A stretch of DNA of 64,000 nucleotides, from NCBI GenBank assembly GCA_023920165.1, contig CP089275.1:2542001-2606000 (forward strand). The letters are read 5' to 3'. A model generated the notes under the pieces. The model did no database searches. It was given only the letters and a program-made list of their open reading frames with translations, and was not told the DNA's origin. The position numbers were made by a program, and so were the translations under genes. Position 1 is the stretch's first letter, and every line of letters starts with the position of its first letter. Positions 1 to 11,436 of this stretch are shown here, in pieces. The DNA is from Curvularia clavata. Taxonomy: Eukaryota.

Positions 1-1593
1 ACAGCGTGCGAGAGCCTGGCGGCTAACACCTAATCGCTCTCCTCCTTGACGCTCTTCATGAGCAATCTGCTGATCAGCCTCGCGTTGAGCAAGTAGATCC
101 TCTCCAGCTCCCTTTGTAAGCACTCCTTGCTTCTGTATACGCTTCTTTTTACGCTGTCTACGTTCTGTAGCTGCCTCGTTAGCCTTTTCAAGGCTGGTAA
201 TTCGATCGCGTATTAGCTCAGCTGAAAGCATCATTATCTCTACTCCCTTTTTAAGCTGGCCAATCGCTGCAATAATTGAAGCTGGTGACGAACTTTTATG
301 CTGTCGAACGCGATTACTTATTAGTGTAGATTGAGCTTCAAGCTCGCGTACGTTGCTCGGCGTACAGGCCTGCCAGAGAGCTTCTGCGAGAGCTGGTAGA
401 GCTGGCGTAGTTGGCGTACGTAGCTGTACGTCAAGCTTTGACAGAACAGTGTCTGGCTGGAGAGGAACAAGGCCTGCGCCTTGAAAAGCTGAGCAGATAT
501 TGGCTGACGTGAACGATTGATCAAAGGCTGCCTTGAATGCTGGCAGAAACTCAAGCTTAGTGATATGGTTAATATGGTTGCGTATTAGGCTCTCCACCTC
601 ACGGCTATACGCGCGCTTCAATGGCGAGAAGCAGCCAACGTCAAGAGGCTGGAGCAGGTGAGACGAGTGAGGCGGCATACAGAGCGTGTAGATGTTGTTC
701 TCCTTATAGAGCTCTTGAAACGCAAGAGAGTTATGGCTCTCATGGCCGTTAAGGATAAGTAGACGGCGCGCGCCTACAACGCGAGTCTTTGTATAGGCGT
801 CAAAGTGCTTTAGCCACTCAACTCCTAGCTCGTTGGTCGTCCAGCCATTGTCGCTGACAGCGATCGCCCAGTTGCGTGGGATATCTGCCTCCTCGTACCA
901 GGCAGATAGGTGATACTTGCTAGTAAAGATTAGAAACGGTGGGATAGACTAGCTAGCTGTATTAATTCTAGCGATAAACGTCACCCACTCGCGACCACCT
1001 GGCTGAATGGCCTTTGGCCGGCCTCTTCTCTCTGACGCTGTAATGACAAGCTGAGTAGTAATCTTGCCCATTATAAAGCCAGCTTTGTTAAAGTTGTAGA
1101 CGTCCTCGTCACAGATGCCGTACTTGGCCTTTGTCTGCTCTATAAGCTTAAACCAGCTCTTAATTAAGACTGGATCTTCACATAGAGCTCTCTGTCTATT
1201 GTACGCCCGATTGAAACGTGTCGTAAGATTGTCTGTACGCTTGACAAAGTTGGCTGGCCACTTCTGCCCAACCTGGCCAGCGCTACGCGCAGCTAGTAGC
1301 TTATTAGCCATATCGCGCATAGCAGCGTACGTGGGCGCAAATCCACGTGAATCAAGATTGAGTATGTGGTCAACTATCACCTCCTCTTCTAGCTTAGTTA
1401 GCTTCTTTGAGTTGGGCTGGCAATCGCGTCGGGCAGTTACGCCAGCGCGTCGGCGGCGGATTGTTCGTTCAGACACGCTATAGATAGCAGCAGCACGACG
1501 ATTACTCTGTATTTGATGAGAATTAATAGAAGAAATAGCAAGCTGGATATCTGCTTCATTTGAGGCTAATAGAGTAGCTCTGCGTTGAGCCAT
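1..1593 (-). pseudogene. DDE_1/CENP-B HTH transposase, inactivated
   Basis: HTH N-terminus, then YNF(N)(K)AG, LLIL(N)GHESH and [23 protein letters not shown]->TAG stop at 949-951, with the frame continuing to the window edge. Confidence 0.92.
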
Positions 1594-1674
1594 TGTTCGT
1601 TATGATGGGAAAGGTGTGCAGAGTTCGTGAGGTGCGGCGCTCGCTTGCCTGCGGCGCTCGCTTATCCACAACGT
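1..1674 (-). mobile_element. pogo/Fot1-like (Tc1-mariner superfamily) DNA transposon, RIP-mutated, truncated by the window start
   Basis: The minus-strand terminus reads TA|ACGTTGTGGATAAGCGAGCGCCGCAGGCAAGCGAGCGCCGCA (TA target at 1675-1676). It contains a 14-bp internal direct repeat TGCGGCGCTCGCTT at 1633-1646 and 1650-1663. The transposase ATG is at 1593. Confidence 0.92.
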
Positions 1675-2170
1675 TACCGTACATACATATATACAATCTC
1701 ACCTCTCGTATACCTGTACTTTCTCTACTATAAGAAAACGCACTTAGTGGCCTATTTTGATGACGTCGAAACCACTATGACCAAAGATAATTTAACTAAC
1801 AGGTTCTTCAATCATTTTGCAAAGCAGTGTAGTACAAGCTTATCCATGAGAGAAGCTTTATCCTGGTGAAAAACCAATATACGGACAGAATTTGGACATT
1901 CTTCTCTAATGAGTGTTATTCTATACTAAAGTGGTCTTGTCCTAGATAGCTACTGTGGTCAAGCCACCAATATAGCCGCATTGGACTGTAGAGAAATACA
2001 AGGCTTGGCGCTCCATACAGCTACAAATTTACCCAGGGACTGTGTTACGTGGTTTTGGGCAATGATATCATCTCTTAGCCTACTAGCAGGATGATCAGAC
2101 ATCTCCAAGGTGAAAGACGAAATTGATCGTGGCCGCATCATAATGGCCAATTGATGGTGCGGTTTTCAGG

Positions 2171-2206
2171 CGCGTCGCGAAACACGCGCGTGAACGTCTG
2201 ACGTCA
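2171..2206. promoter_or_regulatory. Cluster of CGCG (MCB/SCB-like) boxes plus a CRE palindrome
   Basis: CGCGTCGCGAAACACGCGCGTG (2171-2192) and TGACGTCA (2199-2206), about 150 bp upstream of the ORF at 2351. Confidence 0.4.
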
Positions 2207-2350
2207 AGCCCCCGTCGCGCCTCACCCTCACCTTCACCATTCACTCGCGCTGGCGCTGGCGCTCAGCCCGTATCATTCTTTTTCTGGTTACATATCTTCT
2301 CTTCTTCCCTGTCAGCATGAGCTTGTCATCTTGTTCCACCGTTTTCTCCC

Positions 2351-5035
2351 ATGATGCCTTCAAACCCCTTTGAAGCAGCACTTAGCCAACCAGAAAGCGA
2401 CTTGCCACATGCACAGCTCGTTACCCTGCTTTCTGTCGGCGAATTTAGTGATCCTTACCTTCCTACAATCGCAGAGAACTACCTAAGTGCCTTCTGCGAT
2501 CCCAGCAGATCGGAGGTACAACGAAGATGGATTGGCATCACTCTTGCGCGCATGCTGGAGAAGTCCGATCGTGTCGCGCACCTTCTACGACTGTCAGACC
2601 AGTTAAAGAAATTGGGTGTTATTATCGTGAGCCATGAGGAACAAGGAGTGATCAAAACCATCGCCGGCCTCATTATGCGACAAGGATTAGAGCAGGATAT
2701 CGAATACCACAAGTTTTGGCCGACCGAAAAGCTTGCTCATAGCGCGCTCGATTTTCCAAGACGCCCTGATTCGAGATGGATGAGCGATTTTCACACATTC
2801 CTCAATTGTTTTGACGAATCGACCATCAGCAACTTGAGTAATCAGAGTTATATTGGATACATTGCTTCTATGGCTACTTCAGACGGATTCACATGTGGAG
2901 AGCCTGTCAACGACATCTGTGCTGTCATCCTTGAGACTGGAATGCTGGCCATCATCGTCTCTGACATACACCTTGAAAACTGCCATTTCGTGGACATATC
3001 AGTCAGTCATATCATCAGTACACGATCGGAATCATCGAGGCCACACGACGTCCAAACCCGACCGACAGGATGCGAATCATGCAGCGTTATACTGTCACTC
3101 AAATCTATACCCTGGGCTTACTGTCTGAATTCTAGGCAGCGAATCGCGACGGAGATATCACTGTTGTTCAAGCGTTCAAAGGACGCTGTGCAATGGGAGG
3201 ACTACATCAAACGACATCAAAAGGCCCACGAAGCGCATCGCCGCATCTCTGACATCTCCGTCGATACAAACCCTTTGCCATCGTGGCAAGATCGGCAACA
3301 GAAGTCGCCTTGCGGTCGCCCGTCACATTGCTTAGCAGATCAATCAAGTCTCCAAAAACCCTCCAAACTCTGTCACGATTCTTTATCATACGCACGGCCA
3401 CGTCGAACTAGGTCGCATACATCACTACAAGAAGAAAACAAAAGTTTGTCGTCACAGTGCAGACATGTAGAATGCAGCAAGGAAAGACAGACTCACGCTT
3501 CTCGAGCCGCCAAGCAAAACGCCTTGAAAAAGCTAGGTTTGCAGTCTGGTAACGTCGATGGATACGATCAAAAGGAAAGAGGGCAACAACAGACGGACTC
3601 AGACGCGCCCAGTACAGGATCATCATCCAAGGGGAAGGAGGTTACCAAGTCAGGCAATGTGCATATTGGACACACGGTCAAAGATGACGAAGAACATCCT
3701 CCAACTCAGAAAAGGTCAAAGAAACGAGCTAGTACCAAGCGTAAGGCGGGTTTGCAGCTGGCCAAGAACGGGGACCATATGAAGAGGTCGCGGGTACACA
3801 CGGATAGCCATGCAGACTTGACTATCACAGCGAAAATAGAACGAGATCGACCACAAATACCCGCTAAACCATTCTCATCTGCGTTGTTCTCCCGACACTC
3901 ATTGATCGAAGGATTGGAAGGTTCACAGGAGCTAGCTGATTCTGATGCATCATTCAAAAAGCCAACACTGCCTGCACCGAGCGCTCGATATCCGTCAACT
4001 CCAACAAAGCCGAAACAACAAGTCCTAGAGACACAACGAAGACTACAGATCTCGAGAGTTCCAAGGTCTTTCGATGTCGATATTTTCTCCCAGATGCCAT
4101 CATCACCACCGATACCCTATCAACCAAACGAGGGAATGGGTTGGTCACGAGAAACTGCAACTGAGGCAGCAATATTATCAAGCAACAGCAAACCTGTACC
4201 TGCATCGCCAAACGCGGAATCAACAGCAATATCTGGTCACGCAGATAATGATGATGTTGCATTTGAGAAACGAACAGGGGATTCCCAGATTGCGAGAAGC
4301 GATCCTTTCACACGGAGGTCCAAGGGTGGAAAAATTACATCTTTCCTACGTCGTTTGACAGGAGAAGAACCAATAGATGTAGCTTCTAACCTGGGAACCG
4401 ACGATTCGCAAATTGCACTGGCTGGAAATATAGATTCTAGTCCTGCTAGATTGGATGGAGCAGTGATTGAGCCACTTCCACAGCCCAGGTCCGGTCGGAA
4501 GAAGACGAACCACCCTGCTCTAGCTGGCACGCAGGAAATTGACGGGGGTCATGGTGTGGAGAATGGCATTCTGAATGGCGGTATCTGGTATGATGAGCAA
4601 CGCTCTTCAGAATCTGATCTTACGCCGGTTTATTTCAGTTCCTCGCCGCCAAGATTGGGATCGCTCACCAGTCATAGCTCAACTTCTGCTACGCCCTTGC
4701 TTTCTCCTCACTCTGCACTATTTTCATCGGATGTTAACGAAATTTGTCGGGAAACAAGTCCGGAACCTTTCCAGCGCAATTGACACAATCTTTTGGCTCG
4801 CGCATCGAAAGAGGTCGTGCATTGTATTGTTGCTAGCGATTCTGACCCTAGCGATATTGAGAAGTTCATGAAAGATCATAATCTTGTACTGCAGTCGGTG
4901 TTAAGCCGATATAACAATGACTACGAACGCGTGTTTGTAGACATGGAGGCCAAGCGTGAAGCGGTCTGCGAAGAGCTCGATGGCGTCATTGAGCTGAAAG
5001 CTGATGAAGGGAAAAAGGTTGATACTCCCATCTAG
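2351..5035 (+). CDS. Large hypothetical protein, candidate meiotic axis protein (Red1/Rec10/SYCP2-like architecture), interrupted by an in-frame TGA at 4781-4783
   Basis: An 810-aa ORF, with the 4793-5035 ORF in the same frame. Helical N-terminus, beta-rich PH-like segment, long S/P/K/R disordered middle, helical/coiled-coil tail. The gene is well supported; the function is inference. Confidence 0.6.
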
Positions 5036-5500
5036 ACTTGTACAATACTTATTGTATGTTACAGTTGGGATGTTCTTCTAGACCACAGCACCGGTCATTA
5101 AAGCCTGCATTGCTGATCTACCCCATCAGCATTACCAAGCAACGAGGAGACGTGTCCAATGTGTGTAGTATGTTTACCCCAGGAAATCTAGCCAAGACGA
5201 ATCGAACCCCGATTGAACTAGCCGCAAGTGACTTAGTTTCATGCACGCTCGCAGAACAATATATAGGTCGGCGGAGCGCCAAAGCTAATATCCGCTCAAC
5301 GCAGCCCAGTTCTTCGCCATTGCTATTGTAGCAATCTGCAGACAAAAGCTTTTCACCATTTCTTTTCTGTTCAGCAACAGCAATAAATTTAGTTGCCCGT
5401 AAATTTCGACCTCAAACTGACACTCCTCCATTCCGCGAACCTGTTACGCATACCAGTCACAACTGGAGAAGGCTGGAGAAAGGCAATACTCGACTCCAAG

Positions 5501-5980
5501 ATGTTGTCAATCACTCCCTCCTATACCCACATTCCCAGCTTCTATCGTATCTTCTTCACCTATCTCGACCCCCTCATCTGCGTCTGGGGTGCATACATGG
5601 ATTTTTTCCTGCCTTCGCTTGTCCTCTCTTCACATATTCCCTCGCCACCTGTCCCAGACCAGGGTCATGCCATGGTTCTAACACAGCGTGGAGGTGGCAT
5701 GCTGAACTTTGGCATTGTATCTGCTGTGCTGCTGCGATATACAGAAGACGTCAACGTGTGGGCAATCGTACAAGTGGCGTGTTTTGTGGTGGACCTGGCC
5801 TATTATTGGAGTGTATGGCGTGTTTTGAACAGCCAGGGTCGCTTGAGTCCTGCGCTATGGCGGGCCGAGGATTGGGGGAGTGTGGGTATTACCGCAGTTG
5901 CGGGGGCAGTTCGGTTGGCGTTCTTGATGGGGGTGGGGTTCAACAGGAGAAGTGTCATCAAGGGTGCGAAGGGGCAGTAA
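5501..5980 (+). CDS. Small multi-pass membrane protein (fungal DUF7704-like), 159 aa
   Basis: ATG at 5501; about 4 hydrophobic helices; YRIFFTYLDP...W.IVQ...VDLAY pattern. Confidence 0.7.
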   Translation: MLSITPSYTHIPSFYRIFFTYLDPLICVWGAYMDFFLPSLVLSSHIPSPPVPDQGHAMVLTQRGGGMLNFGIVSAVLLRYTEDVNVWAIVQVACFVVDLAYYWSVWRVLNSQGRLSPALWRAEDWGSVGITAVAGAVRLAFLMGVGFNRRSVIKGAKGQ

Positions 5981-6179
5981 AACTGCCTGCTTCTCATTGC
6001 TTATTGGCGCGTGTTGCGTTAGAGAGGTTTAGCCTCCGAGCTCGTATTGCATGAGAGTGCCAGCGAAGCTGACGCTTAAGATAGCGTTACCTAGGGTCCA
6101 AGGCGTTTGGGTATGCCTCATGTGCGCTGCAGCGTCTGGTGTAACAGTGAATGAAATATATCATTGAACTGCAATTAGA

Positions 6180-7456
6180 CTACCTCTTAGTAGCACGCTC
6201 TGAGATGTCAACCTGAACATTGGTTACTTTAGTAATGCTCAAGTACTTGGCCTTCATAGCGGGTTCGCAAACCTCGAGCTCCAAGTCCCCACACGTCCCC
6301 TCCACAATATTGCGCTCTGACTCTGAGCAAGAATTGGTGTTGGACTTTTTTCTGCCGTTTTTAGATGTGGTCATTGTTGCGCCGGTCAGTTCTGAGTGGT
6401 GGGTTGCATCGACGGATGGGAGCGAGCGGCGGTTGCTGAACAGACTTGTCCTCCATGAGAAATTTTCCGCAAGAAGGCGGTAGAGAGGGCGCAGCGTGGA
6501 GAGAGAGCCAGCAGTGATAGCAAGACTCATTTCGATCTCTGACCAAATGGCAATGGGGACCGTTGCATATAGAAATTCTGGATCTCGAAAGGTCTCCACA
6601 TACGCTAGGCGAACAATGACTGCTGAGCTTGCACTAACGAGACATCTTAGCAGGCCACCTCGGCAGCAACTAGAAGTAATGGGCGAACTTACATGCACCC
6701 CATGCTGAGGATGGGAACAAGTGCAAACTTTTGATTGCGACTCATGGATAGGCCTCTGACTAGAAAAGCGGGCAGAATAGCGAAAGCGAAATCGGACGCG
6801 GCGAAAATAGCAGACATGACATATGTCAAAGTTATAATGACATCCATGCTGATACATGTTCCTTTGTCGCCGATAGCTCTTGTCCAGAAGAAGTGAACAG
6901 GTCTGCACTGAAACATTGCTAGGAGGCCGTACGCAGCGCCTATAACAACGCTGATCCAAATGGCAAAGTGTGTGATGTATCGGGACCACACCTGTGTGAA
7001 AGGTGTGTAGCGCAGTAGCGAGAGACCTAGGGATACTTTGGCACTTATCATGGTCAGGCAGTACGTCCAGTAACATATCCACCAAAACTGAAGGAGAGCA
7101 AAGGTTAGCATATGCATACTGATCAACATTTGGCTGGACTTTGTTTACCCGTAAGGCCATCATCATGCTATGAGGAGGAATGTCCTTCATGAGTCTTCCA
7201 GTGCCAGTGAGCGCGCCTCCAGTGGCACATATCACATTTACCGTATGTATGACTTGAGCGAAGACCATACACCGGTCATCCCAGCCAAAGGCTTTGACTA
7301 CAAAGGTTCGAACGTAGATCCGTAATACCACAGCTATCCATGATATAGATAGAAAGGCAATCTCAATCTATTCACCCTCGTCAACCCATGTCCAACATTG
7401 ATCATGTCTTACTTTAGTACCCGAATCATCTCCCTGGCGCGATGTCCGATCGCCAT
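6180..7456 (-). CDS. PTH11-like (non-CFEM) rhodopsin-domain integral membrane protein, 4 exons
   Basis: Exon 1 at 7421-7456 (MAIGHRAREMIR), intron 7368-7420. Motifs LRIYVR..GWDD, AKVSLGL, QCRPVHFFW, DFAFAILP, IWSEIEMSLAITAGSLSTLRPL. Confidence 0.88.
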
Positions 7457-9719
7457 GATGGTTTAGCAAAACCTGGGCCGGGTGAACAACAAGGCGGTGT
7501 ATCAATATGGTGGTGGTGGATCGATGAGCGAGAGGTCTACTGGGTAGCACTTATATCCCAGAGTCATGTACACATCCACATGGCAACATGCTATGCACAT
7601 TTCTGGGGCGGTACCACACTCGTTTGCCACGCTAGTATACGCACCCAAAGTGCAGAGGTACGGAATTATCCGAGTAAAGTTGAAGTCACTAGTGTCTAGA
7701 TCGCGGCTGGGCAACATGATGTTCCTGCAGTTCCGACCACGCGGTTACCCCGTGCGGAAGCAATGGTCAAGGTCGCCGAGTTTTCCGGGTGAATTTACCG
7801 CCTGGCTTCGCTTTGTTCTGGCGTTAAGCTGGGAATAGAGTTTAGCTTTCAAGGGCCCTGTGAACGTCGCCCAAGATGGGCTGGAGCACCATGGGCTCAG
7901 GTATCGTAACCTAGTCAGATGATTGCAACGCCTCTGCTAGTGCTCATTGGATCGCATTCCTTGTATTGTTGTTTTTCTTTTGTGAAAATCGCGCGATCAC
8001 TTGCTTCTGGATCTCTTGGCTTTGTAGCAATGCGCGTAATGCGGGCCAAGATACCGATCATCATGCCAATGTGGCGGGTTTTACGATTCGGTCGTGACCC
8101 CATGTTCCCCGTTTCCCAGAAGCTCTCGGCCGCCATACCCAGACAAGAGCCTGGGGCAATGTGTGCACCAGGACTGCCTACTTCTGTTGTTCCGCTCTTA
8201 TTCCTTCGAAAACAAGGACATTAATTTTGGGTTTCTCCTTAATGACATTGAATATGCTCTGTGTCGTAGGGCAGCATTGCTCCCACGAGATCTTGTTACA
8301 CTATAGGTTGCCGATCACTAGTATGACAGCGCCTCGTCCACGCATAAGGGACTCACTACTCAGCTCGGCTCAGCTCGGGCCAGTAAAAGTCGCCAACTGA
8401 GCTACTTACCTCAAGCTTGACTGCGTTTGTGCTGGCAGAGACGGGACCGACATGTCTACCACGCGAAAAGGGGTGGGGATGCGCTTTAGCTATGTTACTG
8501 TAAGCGACACGGAAGCAGCTCCGATAGGTATGCAAACTAGGATCTCATCCGAACTAGGAGCTAATGACTCTAACGTGTACCTCAACCAAAGTGCAAGTTC
8601 CGAATTTCGTCACGTCTTTGGATTTGAGCCATCATCTCCAAGGCGCTGTGATGGTGGTGTACCACATTATAATTTTCCTTCAAGATATACCCTGAAAATA
8701 TCTGCGCACAACAGTTATGGCGGGAAACTTATCTGCAGATGCATCATTTCTCCTATGGCATTGTTGCTCTAGAATCACACCAGCATCGGAGTAAAGGTCA
8801 GCCGAAACTAAATCACATGTGTCATTGCGATATTTCCGACCCTTTCGTTTTGGGGTCCAATCATCCCTCATGGATCGCTGTCGATGTTCCTAGTTTAGCC
8901 TGTCTTTGAATCGCCACCAACATCATTTTGTCCATCTCGACACTTCAAGCGGCGGGCACGGCGCGGGCGGTTCAGATGCCGGAATGTCACTATAGCGTCC
9001 ATACTACCGGTGAATTGAGTCGCGAGTGCAACAACACAAAACGGAATAGAGGCTATACAGAAACACTGAACATCAAATGCAAGCTTTTTGATCGTCAAAC
9101 GCTATGTCTTCCACGGAGCTCTCAAGCCGACTGAAAGGTACCTATGGCTAGCCCATACTTGCTCCAGTTTGTGGTTCTTCAATCTCGACTCTGAACAGAC
9201 TTGGCTTCCTGTCTTTATCGTTGTAACCCTGGGTAAAGGGGAGGGAGTTAGAACACACAGCTCAGCGAGGCTACTGGACGCATTTTAAAGGTCTTTGTAC
9301 ATTAACCGGGCGCAGCCAGTTTGACACCTAGAGAAATATTACCGACCACTTTTCAATTCATCCCGGCTGATTTCGCAACAAATAGGCTAGAGTAATACAG
9401 AACGTGTCCTGTTTTCGTGCAGGAGATCTTCGTAATCAAGATCGTAGCCTCGACTGAACCATCTTGGAGAAGAGTAGATCAACATCGATGTTACCAGAAT
9501 ACACAACAGTGTCTACGGCACCATGTTGTCTGGTGTATGATTCCGTTGTGAGAGCCCATGACGATCGTAAGGGATGAATTTAGATAGATGGTCAGAGACC
9601 TGGAGCAAAACTCTTCAGTCATTCATTACCTCGCGACGCACGTGTCCTATCACACTGAGTCCCTGCTCACCAATATACAAGGAATAACTGGCAATGTTGC
9701 CAGCAATGCAATGATTCTT

Positions 9720-11436
9720 GCCACCCGAAGCGCAAGCAGTCTTACGCCTACGCATTGGTATGCAAGGTTATTAAGGTCGTGGCATGATGACGAGCAGGCG
9801 CTACCAGTGGCTATGAAAACATGGTCAGGTGCGAAAGGTTGTTCCGTATAGTTCGCAAAGGGACAGTATCCATGTATCTAGTTACCATAGTTGGGAAGCG
9901 GCAAAATCAGACGTTCTAGTTTCCATCTCATGAGATTGCTACGTTCCACGTCATCGGGCTCAACGACCAAATTGCTGTTTCTAACTGTGAAAGAGATAAT
10001 TTTCGGCACTCCTCTTGAGAAAATAGTTGAAAGGAAAAATTGACAATTGCGCTGGAGGTTAAACAGGATTTGGTTGGCTAGATCGTACTTCGATGCGATG
10101 CTTTTAAAAGCGAGAGAGCACGTTTCAGTAAGCAGCTTCGTGGTTTCAATCGCCAGGTAACAAGATGCGGCTTAGTGATCGAGCTTCTTTAGAAAAGGGG
10201 TCTTGAGAAGGTTGTATCCTTGCAGGATGGTGTTGCCTATGTTTCCGGAGATATCGATAACAAGCTTCTTCTTTCCAGATCGCTTGGCATCCTTGAGAAA
10301 TCTAGCAGTACGAGTCCCAACTTCATCTGTGTCACATCTCGGTTTTGAAAGGCTATTACAGCGACATCAGAGCAGTTCCCCTCAAGGTAGTAACCGCCAG
10401 TTTGGTTAGCTGACAAGCGGAAAATCGGAGTTGGGCAACCTGGCTCTGGAACTAGAGCTGAAGGGTCGGGATTTGAGACGACAAACTCGATAGTCCTGCA
10501 AAATTTGTGCCTTCAGCGGGGAACGTGGATGGGTCACTTTGTGCGAAGAACTGGGGTAGGAGTTCACCATCAGGGACTCCCTGGAAAGAAACCAGAGCTT
10601 CCGCATGATTCTCATATGTCGAGCTCATGTCATTGGCAAATTTGAATGCATTGAAAGCTCCTGGGTGTTTGGATTGAGTACGGCTAGCACCCACAGATCG
10701 ACCGCTGCCACCCGCTGTCAGCAGTTCGAGAGAGAAGGGTTCCAGCTCGTGGAATAAGCCATTCTGTAGGGCGCCACGATCTTGAGATTATCTCATCTGG
10801 TTGTAATCCTCTAGCAACTGGATAGCATCTTGGTCGTTGATATGGGTAACGTGTAAAGGTATGTTCAAGTCCTTTTGTCAACGATTCTGTTAAGATACAG
10901 TCACGGAAGCTCTTTGCCATCGCTAGAGATAGATGCCAGAGGGAAAGACGACCAATGTTGAATTTCAGAATACAACAGAATTAAAGATCCCGGGCGTCAG
11001 TTGTGGTCTTGTAGAGCTCAGTGTCAGACTATCAAAGTCAACACCAAAAAAAAAAATAGTTATATAGTAACTTGCCTCGTAATTACTTGAGTACTATTCA
11101 GTGACGGCCTTATTACGAATGTTTTAAAGCTAGCCAAAATACAAATTGGTGTTTGAACTGTTTAAGCACACTCCTGTGGCAGATGAACAAGCTAGGCAGT
11201 AAAACTATGCTATCATACGTAGGGCATGAGGCTACAATAAAAGTGCTTTGGTTGAAGAGAACAGAAGCAATAAGTTTGTAGGCTAGTTGTGCTGAAGCAC
11301 AGCGGTTAGGAACATTAATCCGTTTAGCAGTTAAAGCACTAACTTGAGCGCAAGGGCTCGTAAAACTTGCATCTCGCAAATTAAGTTGCGACTTGAGGAG
11401 AGGGCAGACAGGAATTGAGGCCAGAGAGAGACTCAT
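9720..11436 (-). pseudogene. Degraded secreted peptidase S41-family (UstP/CPAF-like) gene
   Basis: Collinear fragments across frameshifts and stops: SPCAQVSA..AQLAYK..SV.FNQS; PLASISSDGKELP*; HINDQDAIQLLE..QDRGAL; GCPTP..GGYYLEG..DVAVI; FLKDAKRSGKKKLVIDISGN..TILQGY; TEQPFAPDHVFIATGSACSSSC. Confidence 0.8.

Noticed and set aside
1700..2155. Protein-like + strand frame with three stops next to the transposon
   Set aside because: No recognisable family; may be a decayed gene but cannot be supported.
8401..8420. TACTTACCT resembling the U1 snRNA 5' end
   Set aside because: No downstream U1 stem-loops or Sm site.
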